Assembly (NCBI GenBank): GCA_964016885.1
Contig: OZ024742.1
Coordinates: 323,516,001 to 323,580,000, forward strand
DNA from: Eledone cirrhosa
Taxonomy: Eukaryota
DNA: 64,000 nt
Reading direction: 5' to 3'
In this document: one piece after another, positions 25,411-38,074 of the stretch
Numbering within the stretch: the stretch's first letter is position 1
Layout of the letters: every line of letters begins with the position of its first letter
Made by a program: the position numbers and the translations under genes
The notes under the pieces: generated by a model
The model's database searches: none
Seen by the model: the letters and a program-made list of their open reading frames with translations, nothing else
What the model was told of the DNA's origin: nothing

Positions 25411-25736
25411 TGTAACGTTTATTCGAAATATTTGGAGCATCAAAATACTAAAATCTAGATATTCTTTATACTAAAATCTAAAAATTCCCTTAATCTACGG
25501 ACAAATTTATTCAGTTGTTGCAAACATAGATTAAACTCAACGTTTAAATATAAATTTAAATTTAAAATGTAGTATATTTAGTTTGATTTATAATTATATG
25601 GGAAACTAGCCGATAAATCTTTGATTCTCTTTTTATTCTTTTTATTTTTATTTTATTTTATTTATTTAAACATTCTTCATGAAAAATTAAGCTACCCTAA
25701 AAGTTGATGCTCCAAATATTTCGAATAAACGTTACA
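25411..25736. mobile_element. AT-rich element bounded by perfect 33-bp inverted repeats
   Basis: TGTAACGTTTATTCGAAATATTTGGAGCATCAA at 25411-25443 and its reverse complement at 25704-25736. Confidence 0.65.
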
Positions 25737-26973
25737 CTAGATAAACTTCTATATTAAATATAAGAACACATGTAGACCAAATTGGGCATCCTATACTTTT
25801 TGAAATGATCTTTGCTAGATGCGATTTGATAGATAATTTTTGGCTTTATCTGTTTTTCGACTCTGATGTTTATAATGAACTTGGCAATATATTGTCAATT
25901 AATTTTGAAGGGCTGATCTTTGTGGTTTATTTTATTTTTATTATTGTAGTATTTCCTAATATTTTTATTTTTAATATTATTTTTATTTTTAATATTTTTA
26001 ATATGTAAATTTTTTAATATGTAATATTTTTAATATGTAATATTCTTTCGTAATATTTCTTAGTTTTCTATTTTATTATTACTTATTATTATTATTGTTA
26101 TTTTTAGTTTTGTTTCCGATATATTTTTATTTTTATTAGTATATTGAAATCTGCTCTATCTTTGCTTGATAGATAATCTTGTAGAGTAGAGACAGAAATA
26201 GTAATATTGACTCTATATACACATATATGTATACTTAAATTTTTATACCGCATTGAGAATACTTTCCGTGAACTTAGGGTTTGCAGAATTGATCATGTAC
26301 ATTCACATAGATGTTTGTAATTATCACATAAACATATGAATTTTTTAAAAAACTAAACATAAGATCATTAATTTTCACACATTGTGGATACATATCTCAT
26401 TCAGGAATACTGATATTTACAATGTAGAGGCCGGTTTGTAAATACTGATACCTCTACATTAAAACAGAGGTTTTTACGCCTCGCCTGTGTCTGGATATTT
26501 TTGAATTTTTTCTCTCTCTTTTTTCTCTCTCTATATTTTTTCTCTCCCTATATAACAGCTGGTTTTCCCTCCATATATCTCCCTTACATTAATACTAGAG
26601 CTAAATAAATAAATAAATAAATAAATGTATCATTGATACGTTTTCAACAGACATCCCACTACCTAGCTTTCTATATATATGTATCTATCTCTATTTCCTC
26701 TCCCTCTATATATATATATCTCTTTCTGTTTCTTTACATGAAGTTCTTCTCTTTATCTATCTTTCCATCTCTCTATTTTGTTCCATGCATTTCTTCTTTT
26801 TCTTTTTCTTCGTTTTCTGTCTTTCTTTCCTTTTTTTTTTCCTCTCTTTTTCTCTCTTTCTCTCTCTCTTTCTTTCTCTGTGTACAATTTTGTCACTACC
26901 AAATCAACCTTCTCAAATGCATGTAGATGTTATTACGGTATGTCGAATCTATCTATAAAACTGTTTATATTGT

Positions 26974-27037
26974 ATTTTGTCTGAGGAAGGCATAGCATAT
27001 TGTTAATATGATATCCCTGAAATATATATAATGAAAT
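26974..27037 (+). ncRNA. Type-I hammerhead ribozyme, weaker or older copy
   Basis: AUUUUGU-CUGAGGA-AGG...CCU-GAAA-UAUAUA-UA^AUGAAAU; stem I needs two G-U pairs. Confidence 0.6.
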
Positions 27038-27167
27038 AAATATGGTTTTATAAATATAGTTTCCATTTATTTAATATTGTAAATATACTCCAAATATTTG
27101 TCGAGTGCTTTTATATCAGTTATAAATATTTACTAGTTGTAACCCAACAATTTAAATATAACTTTCC

Positions 27168-28135
27168 ATATATATATAATATATATATATAATATATATA
27201 TATATATAATATAATATATAATATAATATAATATATATATATATATATATAATATAATATAATATATAATATATATATATATAATATATATATATATAAT
27301 ATATATATATATAATATATATATATAATATATATATATAATATATATATATAATATATATATATAATATATATATATAATATATATATATATATAATATA
27401 TATATATAATATATATATAATATATATATATAATATATATATATATATAATATATATATATAATATATATATATATATAATATATATATATAATATATAT
27501 ATATATATAATATATATATATATAATATATATATATAATATATATATATATAATATATATATATAATATATATATATATAATATATATATATAATATATA
27601 TATATAATATATATATATAATATATATATATAATATATATATATAATATATATATATAATATATATATATAATATATATATATAATATATATATATAATA
27701 TATATATAATATATATATATAATATATATATATATATAATATATATATAATATATATATATAATATATATATATATAATATATATATATAATATATATAT
27801 ATAATATATATATATATAATATATATATATAATATATATATATAATATATATATATATAAGATATATATATAATATATATATATAATATATATATATAAT
27901 ATATATATATATAAGATATATATATAATATATATATATAATATATATATATAATATATATATATATAAGATATATATATAATATATATATATATAAGATA
28001 TATATATAATATATATATATAATATACATATATAATATACATATATATATATATATAATATATATAATATATATATATAATATATATATATATATAATAT
28101 ACATAATATATATATATATATATATAATATACATA

Positions 28136-28167
<32 letters not shown>

Positions 28168-28973
28168 CATATATAATATACATATGTATATATATAATAT
28201 ACATATATAATATACATATATATATATAATATACATATATAATATACATATATAATATATATATATATATATAATATACATATATATATAATATATATAT
28301 ATATAATATACATATATATATAATATATATATATATAATATACATATATATATAATATACATATATATATAATATATATATATATAATATACATATATAT
28401 ATAATATACATATATAATATATACATATATATATAATATATATATATATATAATATATATATATATAATATACATATATAATATATACATATATATATAA
28501 TATATATATATATATAATATATATATATATAATATACATATATATATAATATACATATATAATATATACATATATATATAATATATATATAATATACATA
28601 TATATATAATATATATATAATATACATATATATATAATATACATATATATATAATATATATATATATAATATATATATATATAATATATATATATATAAT
28701 ATATATATATATAATATATATATATATAATATATATATAATATATATATATATAATATATATATATATATAATATATATATATATAATATATATATATAT
28801 AATATATATGTATATATAATATATATATATATAATATATATGTATATATAATATATATGTATATATAATATATATGTATATATAATATATATATATATAT
28901 AATATATATATATATATAATATATATATATATATAATATATATATATATAATATATATATATATATAATATAT

Positions 28974-29018
<45 letters not shown>

Positions 29019-29806
29019 TATATAATATATATATATATAATATATATATATATAATATATATATAATATATATATATATATAATATATATATATATAATA
29101 TATAAATATATTATATATATATAATATATATATATAATATATATAATATATATATATATATATAATATATATATATATGATATATATATATATAATATAT
29201 ATATATATATGATATATATATATATAATATATATATATATATAATATATATATATATATGATATATATATATATAATATATATATATATATAATATATAT
29301 ATATATATGATATATATATAATATATATATATATAATATATATATATATATAATATATATATATATATAATATATATATAATATACATATATATAATATA
29401 TATATATATATAATATATATATATATAATATATATATATATATAATATATATATAATATACATATATATAATATATATATATATATAATATATATATATA
29501 TAATATATATATATATAATATATATGTATATATAATATATATGTATATATAATATATATGTATATATAATAATATATATATAATATATATATATATAATA
29601 TATATATATATATAATATATATATATATAATATATATATATATATATAATATATATATATATATAATATATATATATATAATATATATATATATAATATA
29701 TATATATATAATATATATATATATATAATATATATATATATAATATATATATATATAATATATATATATATATAATATATATATATATAATATATATATA
29801 TGATAT

Positions 29807-29838
<32 letters not shown>

Positions 29839-29872
29839 ATATATATATATGATATATATATATATATGATAT

Positions 29873-29904
<32 letters not shown>

Positions 29905-30465
29905 ATATATATATATATATAATATATATATATATATAATATATATATATATATAATATATATATATATATAATATATATATAATATATATATATAATAT
30001 ATAATATATATATATATATATAATATAATATATATATATATATAATATATATATAATATATATATAATATATAATATATATATATATATAATATATATAT
30101 AATATATATATATAATATATAATATATATATAATATATATATAATATATATATATATATAATATATATATAATATATATATAATATATATATATATATAA
30201 TATATATATATATATGATATATATATATATAATATATATATAATATATATATATATATGATATATATATATATATATAATATATATATATATAATATATA
30301 TATATATATAATATATAATATATATATAATATATATATATATAATATATAATATATAATATAATATATATATAATATATATATATATATAATATATATAT
30401 ATATATAATATATATATAATATATATATAATATATATATATATATAATATATATATATATATAAT

Positions 30466-30497
<32 letters not shown>

Positions 30498-31038
30498 ATA
30501 TATATATAATATATAATATATATATAATATATATATATATATAATATATATATATATATAATATATATATATATATAATATATATATAATATATACATAT
30601 ATATATAATATATATATATATATAATATATACATATATATATAATATATATATATATATAATATATATATATAATATATATATATATATAATATATATAT
30701 ATATATAATATATATATATATATAATATATATATATATATAATATATATATATATAATATATATATATAATATATATATATATATAATATATATATATAT
30801 ATAATNNNNNNNNNNNNNNNNNNNNNNNNNNNNNNNNNNNNNNNNNNNNNNNNNNNNNNNNNNNNNNNNNNNNNNNNNNNNNNNNNNNNNNNNNNNNNNN
30901 NNNNNNNNNNNNNNNNNNNNNNNNNNNNNNNNNNNNNNNNNNNNNNNNNNNNNNNNNNNNNNNNNNNNNNNNNNNNNNNNNNNNNNNNNNNNNNNNNNNN
31001 NNNNNTATATATAATATATATAATTATATATATATAAT

Positions 31039-31083
<45 letters not shown>

Positions 31084-31207
31084 TATATTATTAATATATA
31101 TATATTATATATATATAATATATATATATAATATATATATATTATATATATATAATATATATATAATATATAATATATTATATATATATATTATATATAA
31201 TATATAT

Positions 31208-31256
<49 letters not shown>

Positions 31257-31285
31257 ATATATATATATAAATATATATATATAAT

Positions 31286-31317
<32 letters not shown>

Positions 31318-31793
31318 ATATATATATATAATATAATATATAAATATATAATATATATATATATAATAATATATATATAATATATATATATAATATATAT
31401 ATATAATATATATATATAATATATATATATAATATATATATATAATATATATATATATAATATATATATATAATATATATATATAATATATATAAATAAT
31501 ATATATATAATATATATAAATAATATATATATATATATAATATATATATATATAATATATATATATTAATATATATAATATATATATATTAATAATATAA
31601 TATATATATAATATATATATATATAATATATATATATAAATATATATATTATATATAATATATAATATATATATATATAATATATATAATATATTAATAT
31701 ATATATATATATATATATATAATATAATATATATATATATAATATATAAATATAATATATATATAATATATATATATAATATATATATATAAT
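27168..31793. repeat. Very long compound (TA)n tract containing an assembly gap (N 30806-31005)
   Basis: Low-complexity A/T with sparse C/G variants; true length unknown. Confidence 0.97.
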
Positions 31794-34075
31794 AATTAGA
31801 GTCAGATAATATAGAGGAACAGTGGGAATTCCTGAAAGCAAACCTGCTGACGGCGGCAGACGAAGTCTGTGGCTGGAGCAGGCCTGTAGGTAGGAGGAGA
31901 GTAACATGGTGGTGGAACAGTAAGGTGGAGGAGTCAATTAAGGCCAAAAGCAGGCTGGAAAGTATGGCGGAATGGGGAAGTAGAGAAGACTATCAAGTGG
32001 CCAGGAGGGAAGCTAGGAGACAAGTGTACTTCGCAAGAAGGAAGCAGAGAAAAGAAAGTTCAAGCATGTTCTACAACGTGAGGACCAAAAACGTGAGGTG
32101 TCAAGATTGATAGGTAATGTGTCAAGGAAAACCGTGATATTGTCGGGGAGAAGTGTGTACTTAATGATGATGGCGTACTTGCCATCACTGACGCTGATAA
32201 GAAGCTTGCTTGGAAGTGTCACTACGAAAGGCTTCTAAATGAGGAGAATAAATGGGAGAAAGACAGTCTCCCCCACATCGACCCAATAGAGGGACCGGCA
32301 GTGTTAGTCGAAGGTAGTATAATAAGTAAGGCAATCAAAGATATGAAGATGGGTAAGGCGGCTGGGCCTTCGGAAATAGTTGCTAAGATGCTGAAAGCCT
32401 CTGGAACGGTGGGACACACCATGGTCACCCGAATAGTAAACCAAGTCATACAGAATGGGGTTGTTCCGAAGGACTGGCGTAGCAGCATCATCATTAACTG
32501 TTACAAGGGTAAAGGAGATGCCCTAGATAGGAGTAACTATAGAGGCATTAAATTAATTGACCAGGTCATGAAGGTCACGGAAAAAGTTATAGCGCAACTA
32601 ATCAGAGAGAGAATTGATCTAGATGAAATGCAGTTCGGTTTTGTGTCAGGCAAAAGTACCACAGACGCTCTCTTCACAGTGGAGTTCAAGACCGGCTGCC
32701 CATGGAACTCCTATACGCAGATGATCTAACGCTCATAGCTGAATCAATGGCCGAGCTAGAGAAGAAATTCCAAACATGGAAGCATGGCCTAGAATCAAAA
32801 GGCCTTAAAATTAACCTGGCTAAGACTAAAGTTCTAGTTTGTAGGAAAGAAAATAAGGCGACGGTCCCTTCCGGGAAATGGCCATGCTCAGTGTGTAGGA
32901 AAGGCGTAGGTAGAAACTCCATTTTGTGTCCCAAATGCAAAGTATTGGTGCATAAAAGATGTAGTGGGATCACAGGTAAGCTAACTAAGAACATAGATTT
33001 TACATGTGGCCGGTGCTCTGGTGCAATAAGTAGCAGCAAGTGCCCACAAAATACTAGATCTTTCAATTGCGCAGAGGGTTCTATAGAAATAGTGGACAGC
33101 TTCCGTTACCTGGGTGACAAAATCAGCAGTGGGGGAGGGTGCTCTGAAAGTACAGTAGCTAGAGTCAGAACTGGATGGAAAAAGTTCAGAGAGCTTATAC
33201 CACTATTAGCCACTAAAGGGTTCACCCTAAAAATGAAAGGCAGGTTGTATGATGCCTGCATACGAACAACAATGTTGCATGGCAGTGAGACCTGGGCATT
33301 GTGTGCAGAGGATATACGCAGACTAGAGAGGAACGAAGCTTGCATGCTCCGCTGGATGTGTAATAGTAACATACGTGAACGGCAAAGCATAAGCGAACTA
33401 AGGAAAAAATTAGAAATAAGAGGGATCAGATGTTGTTTACTCGAGAGAAGGCTACGTTGGTATGGTCACGTGATGCACATGAAAGACGACAGCTGTATAA
33501 CAAAGTGCAGGGCAATAAAGATAGACGGTAGCTACGGAGTAGGCAGACCCAGAAAAACCTGGGACGAGCTGATAAATTCCGACCTCACACACTTACACCT
33601 CTCCAAGACAATGTCACTGGACCGAGACCTTTGGCGGTACTCAGTAATAGAGAAGACCCGCCTTACCTAAATACAAAGTAAAACCTACTACAGTCAGTAG
33701 GCATCTCTAACAAAATACACCCCCCCCCCCGTCCTACCACCCCCACCCCATCCACACCGCCCCTTTCAATGTAAAGTTATGTTGGTGCCAGGGTCACAAC
33801 ATCCAGGCCAAAACAAATGAGATCGTGTAGGTGTCACGACAAAAAAACACACAGTCCACGCTGTAAATGTGGCCGTGTAGGCAACACAGTAAAAACCTCC
33901 CAGCCCCACACTGTAAATGTGGTTGGTGTTAGGAAGGGCATCCAGCTGTAGAAAACCCGCCAGACAGTCCTATGCGAGCAAGACAACCACTCTTGCCTCA
34001 AATGGGAAAACTCCCGTCCAAACCCATGCAAGCGTGGAACATGGACGTTAAACGATGATGATGATGATGATGATG
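31793..34075 (+). mobile_element. 5'-truncated, internally deleted copy of the same RTE-type LINE, antisense to EIF2B5
   Basis: Near identity to the intron-5 copy; RT core missing at about 32677 (TTDALF joined to EFKTG); (GAT)n tail. Confidence 0.93.
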
Positions 34076-34081
34076 ATATAT

Positions 34082-34317
34082 ATTATTAGAAATGTAAGCT
34101 ATCACCATATTTTGACTAAAGAAATTAAAGAAATTATTTAGCCTGATAGTGGGGTTAAGATCCCTCGGAGAAATGGAAAAAGATGAGTATTGACGTACAT
34201 GTACGTCAATACTCATCTTTTTCCATTTCTCCGAGTGATCTTAACCCCACTATCAGGCTAAATAATTTCTTTAATATCTTTAGTCAAAATACGGCGATAG
34301 CTTACATTTCTAATAAT
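34082..34317. repeat. Spacer-less palindrome of about 235 bp
   Basis: Centre GTACATGTAC at about 34200; arms match with few mismatches. Confidence 0.9.
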
Positions 34318-34557
34318 TTCAAACCCACTCGCTGTTTCGAAAATATTCTTACATATATATAATTTTTCCTTTCTATCATAGAGAATTTTCTCAATATTTA
34401 ATAAGTATGGTCACTTCCTTCAACAGTATGGAAATTTACTATATATATATTTTGGGGGAATGGTTTGTCATTACAATAACACCGAATTGGCAAGCCATCC
34501 TTGAACCAAATCTATCCTTTATTCTCTGTTTGTATTCATCATAATCCTGTTATATAA

Positions 34558-34660
34558 CTAATTCTGCAATCAACACCTGATGAAATTGCCTTCATCTTGC
34601 ATTATGACTGGATGATGAAACTGGACAATTGAAATACGTATAGTGTTTTCGCAGAATTAG
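34558..34660 (+). ncRNA. Type-I hammerhead ribozyme (Penelope-like context)
   Basis: CUAAUUCUGC..AACAC-CUGAUGA-AAUUG...CAAUU-GAAA-UACGUA-UA^GUGUU..GCAGAAUUAG: complete core, extended stems I and II, palindromic stem III. Confidence 0.8.
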
Positions 34661-35280
34661 AATTTCAAAGAACATTTCCAGTTCAGCTTTCTGTTGTTTT
34701 TAATTAATATTTAACCCCATTCCTGCACCAGCCATGGGATACCACATCTACGATGGATGAGTTGCATAATGTCGAGTGTTTAATTTACTGCTTTATCATT
34801 TACTAACTGGAATCTCCAGTTCTACCAATTGGTAAACAACATAACATAAATGATATATACATACATATATATATAATATACACAGAGGTACGTTTAAAAA
34901 AACAAAGAGCCAGAGCAATATTTTCTTTTATTGACCACAAGAGCCCAAGTGAGATTAGGAGTAAAAAAAGAAAAAGAAATCAATAAAAAAAATTTAAAAA
35001 ATCATCACAAAATGTAATTAAGAAATTATTAAATTGAATATTATTTTACTATCCATTCCTTCATTTTTGATAGATACTGTGCAGTATCGGTAGTGGTTAG
35101 GACGCCATGCTTTGCGACACAGAGTTACGGCCCTTTGCGGTCCGAGTTCAAATCCCGCTGAAGTTCACTTTGCCTTTCATCGTTACAGGGTCAGTAAAAT
35201 AAAGTACCAGTAACTGCACTGGGGTGATTGCTGGCCTTGTGCCAAAAGTAGATACAATTATGTATAGATACATATATATG

Positions 35281-35612
35281 AAGGCGCATGGCTTAGTGGT
35301 TAGAGCATTGGCCTTGCAACGAAAGGTTGTGAGTTCAATTCTCAGACCGGGTGATGTGTTGTTTCCTTGAGCAAGACACTTTATTTCACATTGCTCCAGT
35401 TTACTCAGCTGTAGAAATGAGATGATAGGACTGGGGTCCCTATCATTCCACTGTAAAGTGGGCGTGGAGGGGCCAAGGCAAAAAAGCACCCAGCACTCAC
35501 TGTAAATGAGGTTGGTGTTAGGAAGGGCATCCAGCTGTAGAAATCAAGCCAGAATCAGTTCCCGTCCCACCCTTGCAAGCAGGGAGAAGCGGATGTAAAA
35601 TGATGATGATGA
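35281..35612 (+). mobile_element. tRNA-derived SINE with an RTE LINE-derived 3' tail
   Basis: GGCGCATGGCTTAGTGGTTAG / GTTCAATTC head, TCCTTGAGCAAGACAC core, tail matching 54556-54640, (GAT)n end. Confidence 0.85.
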
Positions 35613-36921
35613 ATACATACACAGTTTAGATGTCAACTGAGCATGATTGAGAGAAATTAAGTAGGATAAAGTATTGAGTGTGTGTCTGTGTGTACCAGCA
35701 TGCTTATTTGTGGAAGTGGGATGTGGAAGAGTATTGAGGCATGGTGTCTTTTATAAAGACACAATACCATTTAATCTATTCTACAGAGAGGAGCATACTT
35801 TTGATAAATAGGTCCAATCTGCATTCATTGAATCTTAATAATGGGAGGAAGTGTGGCCTTAAGATTTATAGCAGGTAGTCCCATTTCAGTAGAAAGTTTG
35901 TGGTAGATTTGGCTTCTACAATAAACAGATCAAATAATTATGTAGAAGCTCCTTCATTAGACACACGATTTCCAAAGAAATTAAGATGTACATTGAATAG
36001 GTTTACCTTGCCCATTTCCTAGCACTACTTATTTGACTGAAACATCATGCCCATGTATAAAAAAGTCCTTGCTAATGATAATAAAGCGTAAGTCTTTAAG
36101 TGGTCATACGACCTGCTTAAAATAACAGTCAAATCCTCGTCAAATAATTGTTTCTACTTTAGGCACAAGGCCAGCAATTACCCAGTGCATTACTGGTACT
36201 TTATTTTATCGACCCCGTAAGGATGAAAGGCAAAGTCAACCTCGGCGAGATTTGAACTCAGATCGTAAAGGGACGTAACTATGCTGGAAACCATGGCGTC
36301 CGACCCTCTACCGATACTGCCAATGTCAAATAATAGTCCTAAATATGCATTGCCTGAGCGAAAGAGTCATGGATGAAACACTTGATCACAGGTCTATTAA
36401 ATAATGGCTGACCTGTGGATAAACACAAACTTTATGGCAAGTTTACACAATATTCTATTCATGTAATTATTTTCCCTCTTTTATATATATAATTTTTTTT
36501 TTGTGATAATTAAAAATAAACTGAAACTTAAAATAGAAAAATTCAAGCTTCTGACCACTGCTTAAAAGTTTGCTTAAATTGTGAAAGCTGCTTTACAACA
36601 TTTAATTCAGAGCTTCCTTGTCTATTTATCATCTAGGAAGTGCTATCACAGCTATTCAATGGTCTCAGGCTATTGAATGAAGGGTCAAAAGTTCACATAC
36701 TAGTAGCAAGTAGCAAGGAGTGAAAGGAGGAAGAGGGTAGTGAAAAACAATAGGTCAGAGATGATTTTGAATGTTATAGAGGGTGTTCCCCCAAAATGTA
36801 TACACACTGTACAAGTTATATTTATTAGAAAGTGTGTATACATTTTTTAGGGACACACTGTACACAAAGGAGCACAGTCGTTGGCGCCAATTTTTCATGA
36901 AGTCAAATGTCGAACAACTGT

Positions 36922-36955
<34 letters not shown>

Positions 36956-36961
36956 CATATA

Positions 36962-37642
36962 TTGACATGCTCGAAAATTTGATAAAATAAAGTGTGTGTG
37001 TGTATATATATATAATCTTGGATTTCCTTAAAATCGGCTGTACCTCTTTATAGTCGATCGACCTGGTAGATTTAACAGCCAAATCTCTTTAATGTCAACC
37101 ATACCATCTTAAAAAGAGGGATACACATGTAGTCCTAAGTGGTTCAAAGGAAAGGTGGGACATCATGGTTGAAATGCCTTTGGTCAGGGACTGACACAAA
37201 GAATATATCGTGACAATCTGAACTCCACAACGTTACGATATAAACTTGTTTTTAAATATATACTGCAAGAGTGTTGGCTTGCTTCAAAAAGTATTATAGG
37301 GAAGCTGCAGCGACCCTTGTGACATGTTGAGTATGCAGGTCGTCTTACTTTTTTCCTTATTCCAGCTTTTTTTCTTGTGTGTGTGAAGGAACATTTATTA
37401 CATATCATTAATAAATATGCATTTGCGAAATTTTCAAACGAAATAATATAGAAGTCTAAGAAATGACAATTAGGGGTGTAAATAGAAAAAGTAATTTGAC
37501 ATTTGATCTAAGTTGAATGCAGTTTTGACGTTCTTTCTTTTCTTCTTAATGATGTTATCGCGATCTGTGGTGGAAAGAAATGATTTTCCTTTCAAATATT
37601 TTTGAAGTATACTATATTTTATCAATTTTTCGAGCATGTTAA
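36962..37642. mobile_element. Old MITE-like element with about 28-bp imperfect TIRs
   Basis: TTGACATGCTCGAAAATTTGATAAAATA versus TATTTTATCAATTTTTCGAGCATGTTAA. Confidence 0.5.
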
Positions 37643-37954
37643 GAATTAGAGTTGTTTATCTCCCGAAACACATAATCATTATCAGAGCACATGTACTATG
37701 ACAGACTCAGCTTTAAAATGATACAAACGAAAAATATAATTTTAATACAAATTTCATATTAATATCCCTCCAATTCTTTAAACAATAAAAAACATCTTTT
37801 TTTTCTTATAAGTAGGAAATATGTATATTCTACTAAAGTTGTTTTTTTAAATATTTATAGCCAGTTTCAGAAGCAGCAAAAATCATAGCAATCAACAGAA
37901 AATGGGATAAATTGAAAATAATATCAGCATGGAAATAAATATTTTGAACTTTAC

Positions 37955-38074
37955 CCGGGGTACTTGTTCTGTTATTGGTGAAAATCTATAATTAAAACTA
38001 TCAGCAAGTAAAACAGCTTGAGGTATATCTTCTTGTTTCAGCTCATCGCGTGAGTTTTTTTGTTTAGGAGCCAT
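37955..38074 (-). CDS. EIF2B5: eIF2B epsilon, coding exon 1 (MAPKQKNSRDELKQEDIPQAVLLADSFNYRFSPITEQVPR)
   Basis: ATG at 38074; QAVLLADSF..RF.P motif of the eIF2B-epsilon N-terminus; GTAAAG donor at 37954; 120 nt, phase 0. Confidence 0.95.

Larger units (their letters stand above)
24357..25412 (-). repeat. 466-bp tandem repeat (about 2.3 units) carrying hammerhead ribozymes; retrozyme-like
   Basis: Units start at 24357, 24823 and 25289 and are nearly identical; each full unit has a hammerhead on the minus strand. Confidence 0.9.

Noticed and set aside
27120-31947. Long Y/I/L-rich ORFs of 280-776 aa (also 23338-24432)
   Set aside because: Translations of (TA)n microsatellite that lacks stops on one strand; not genes
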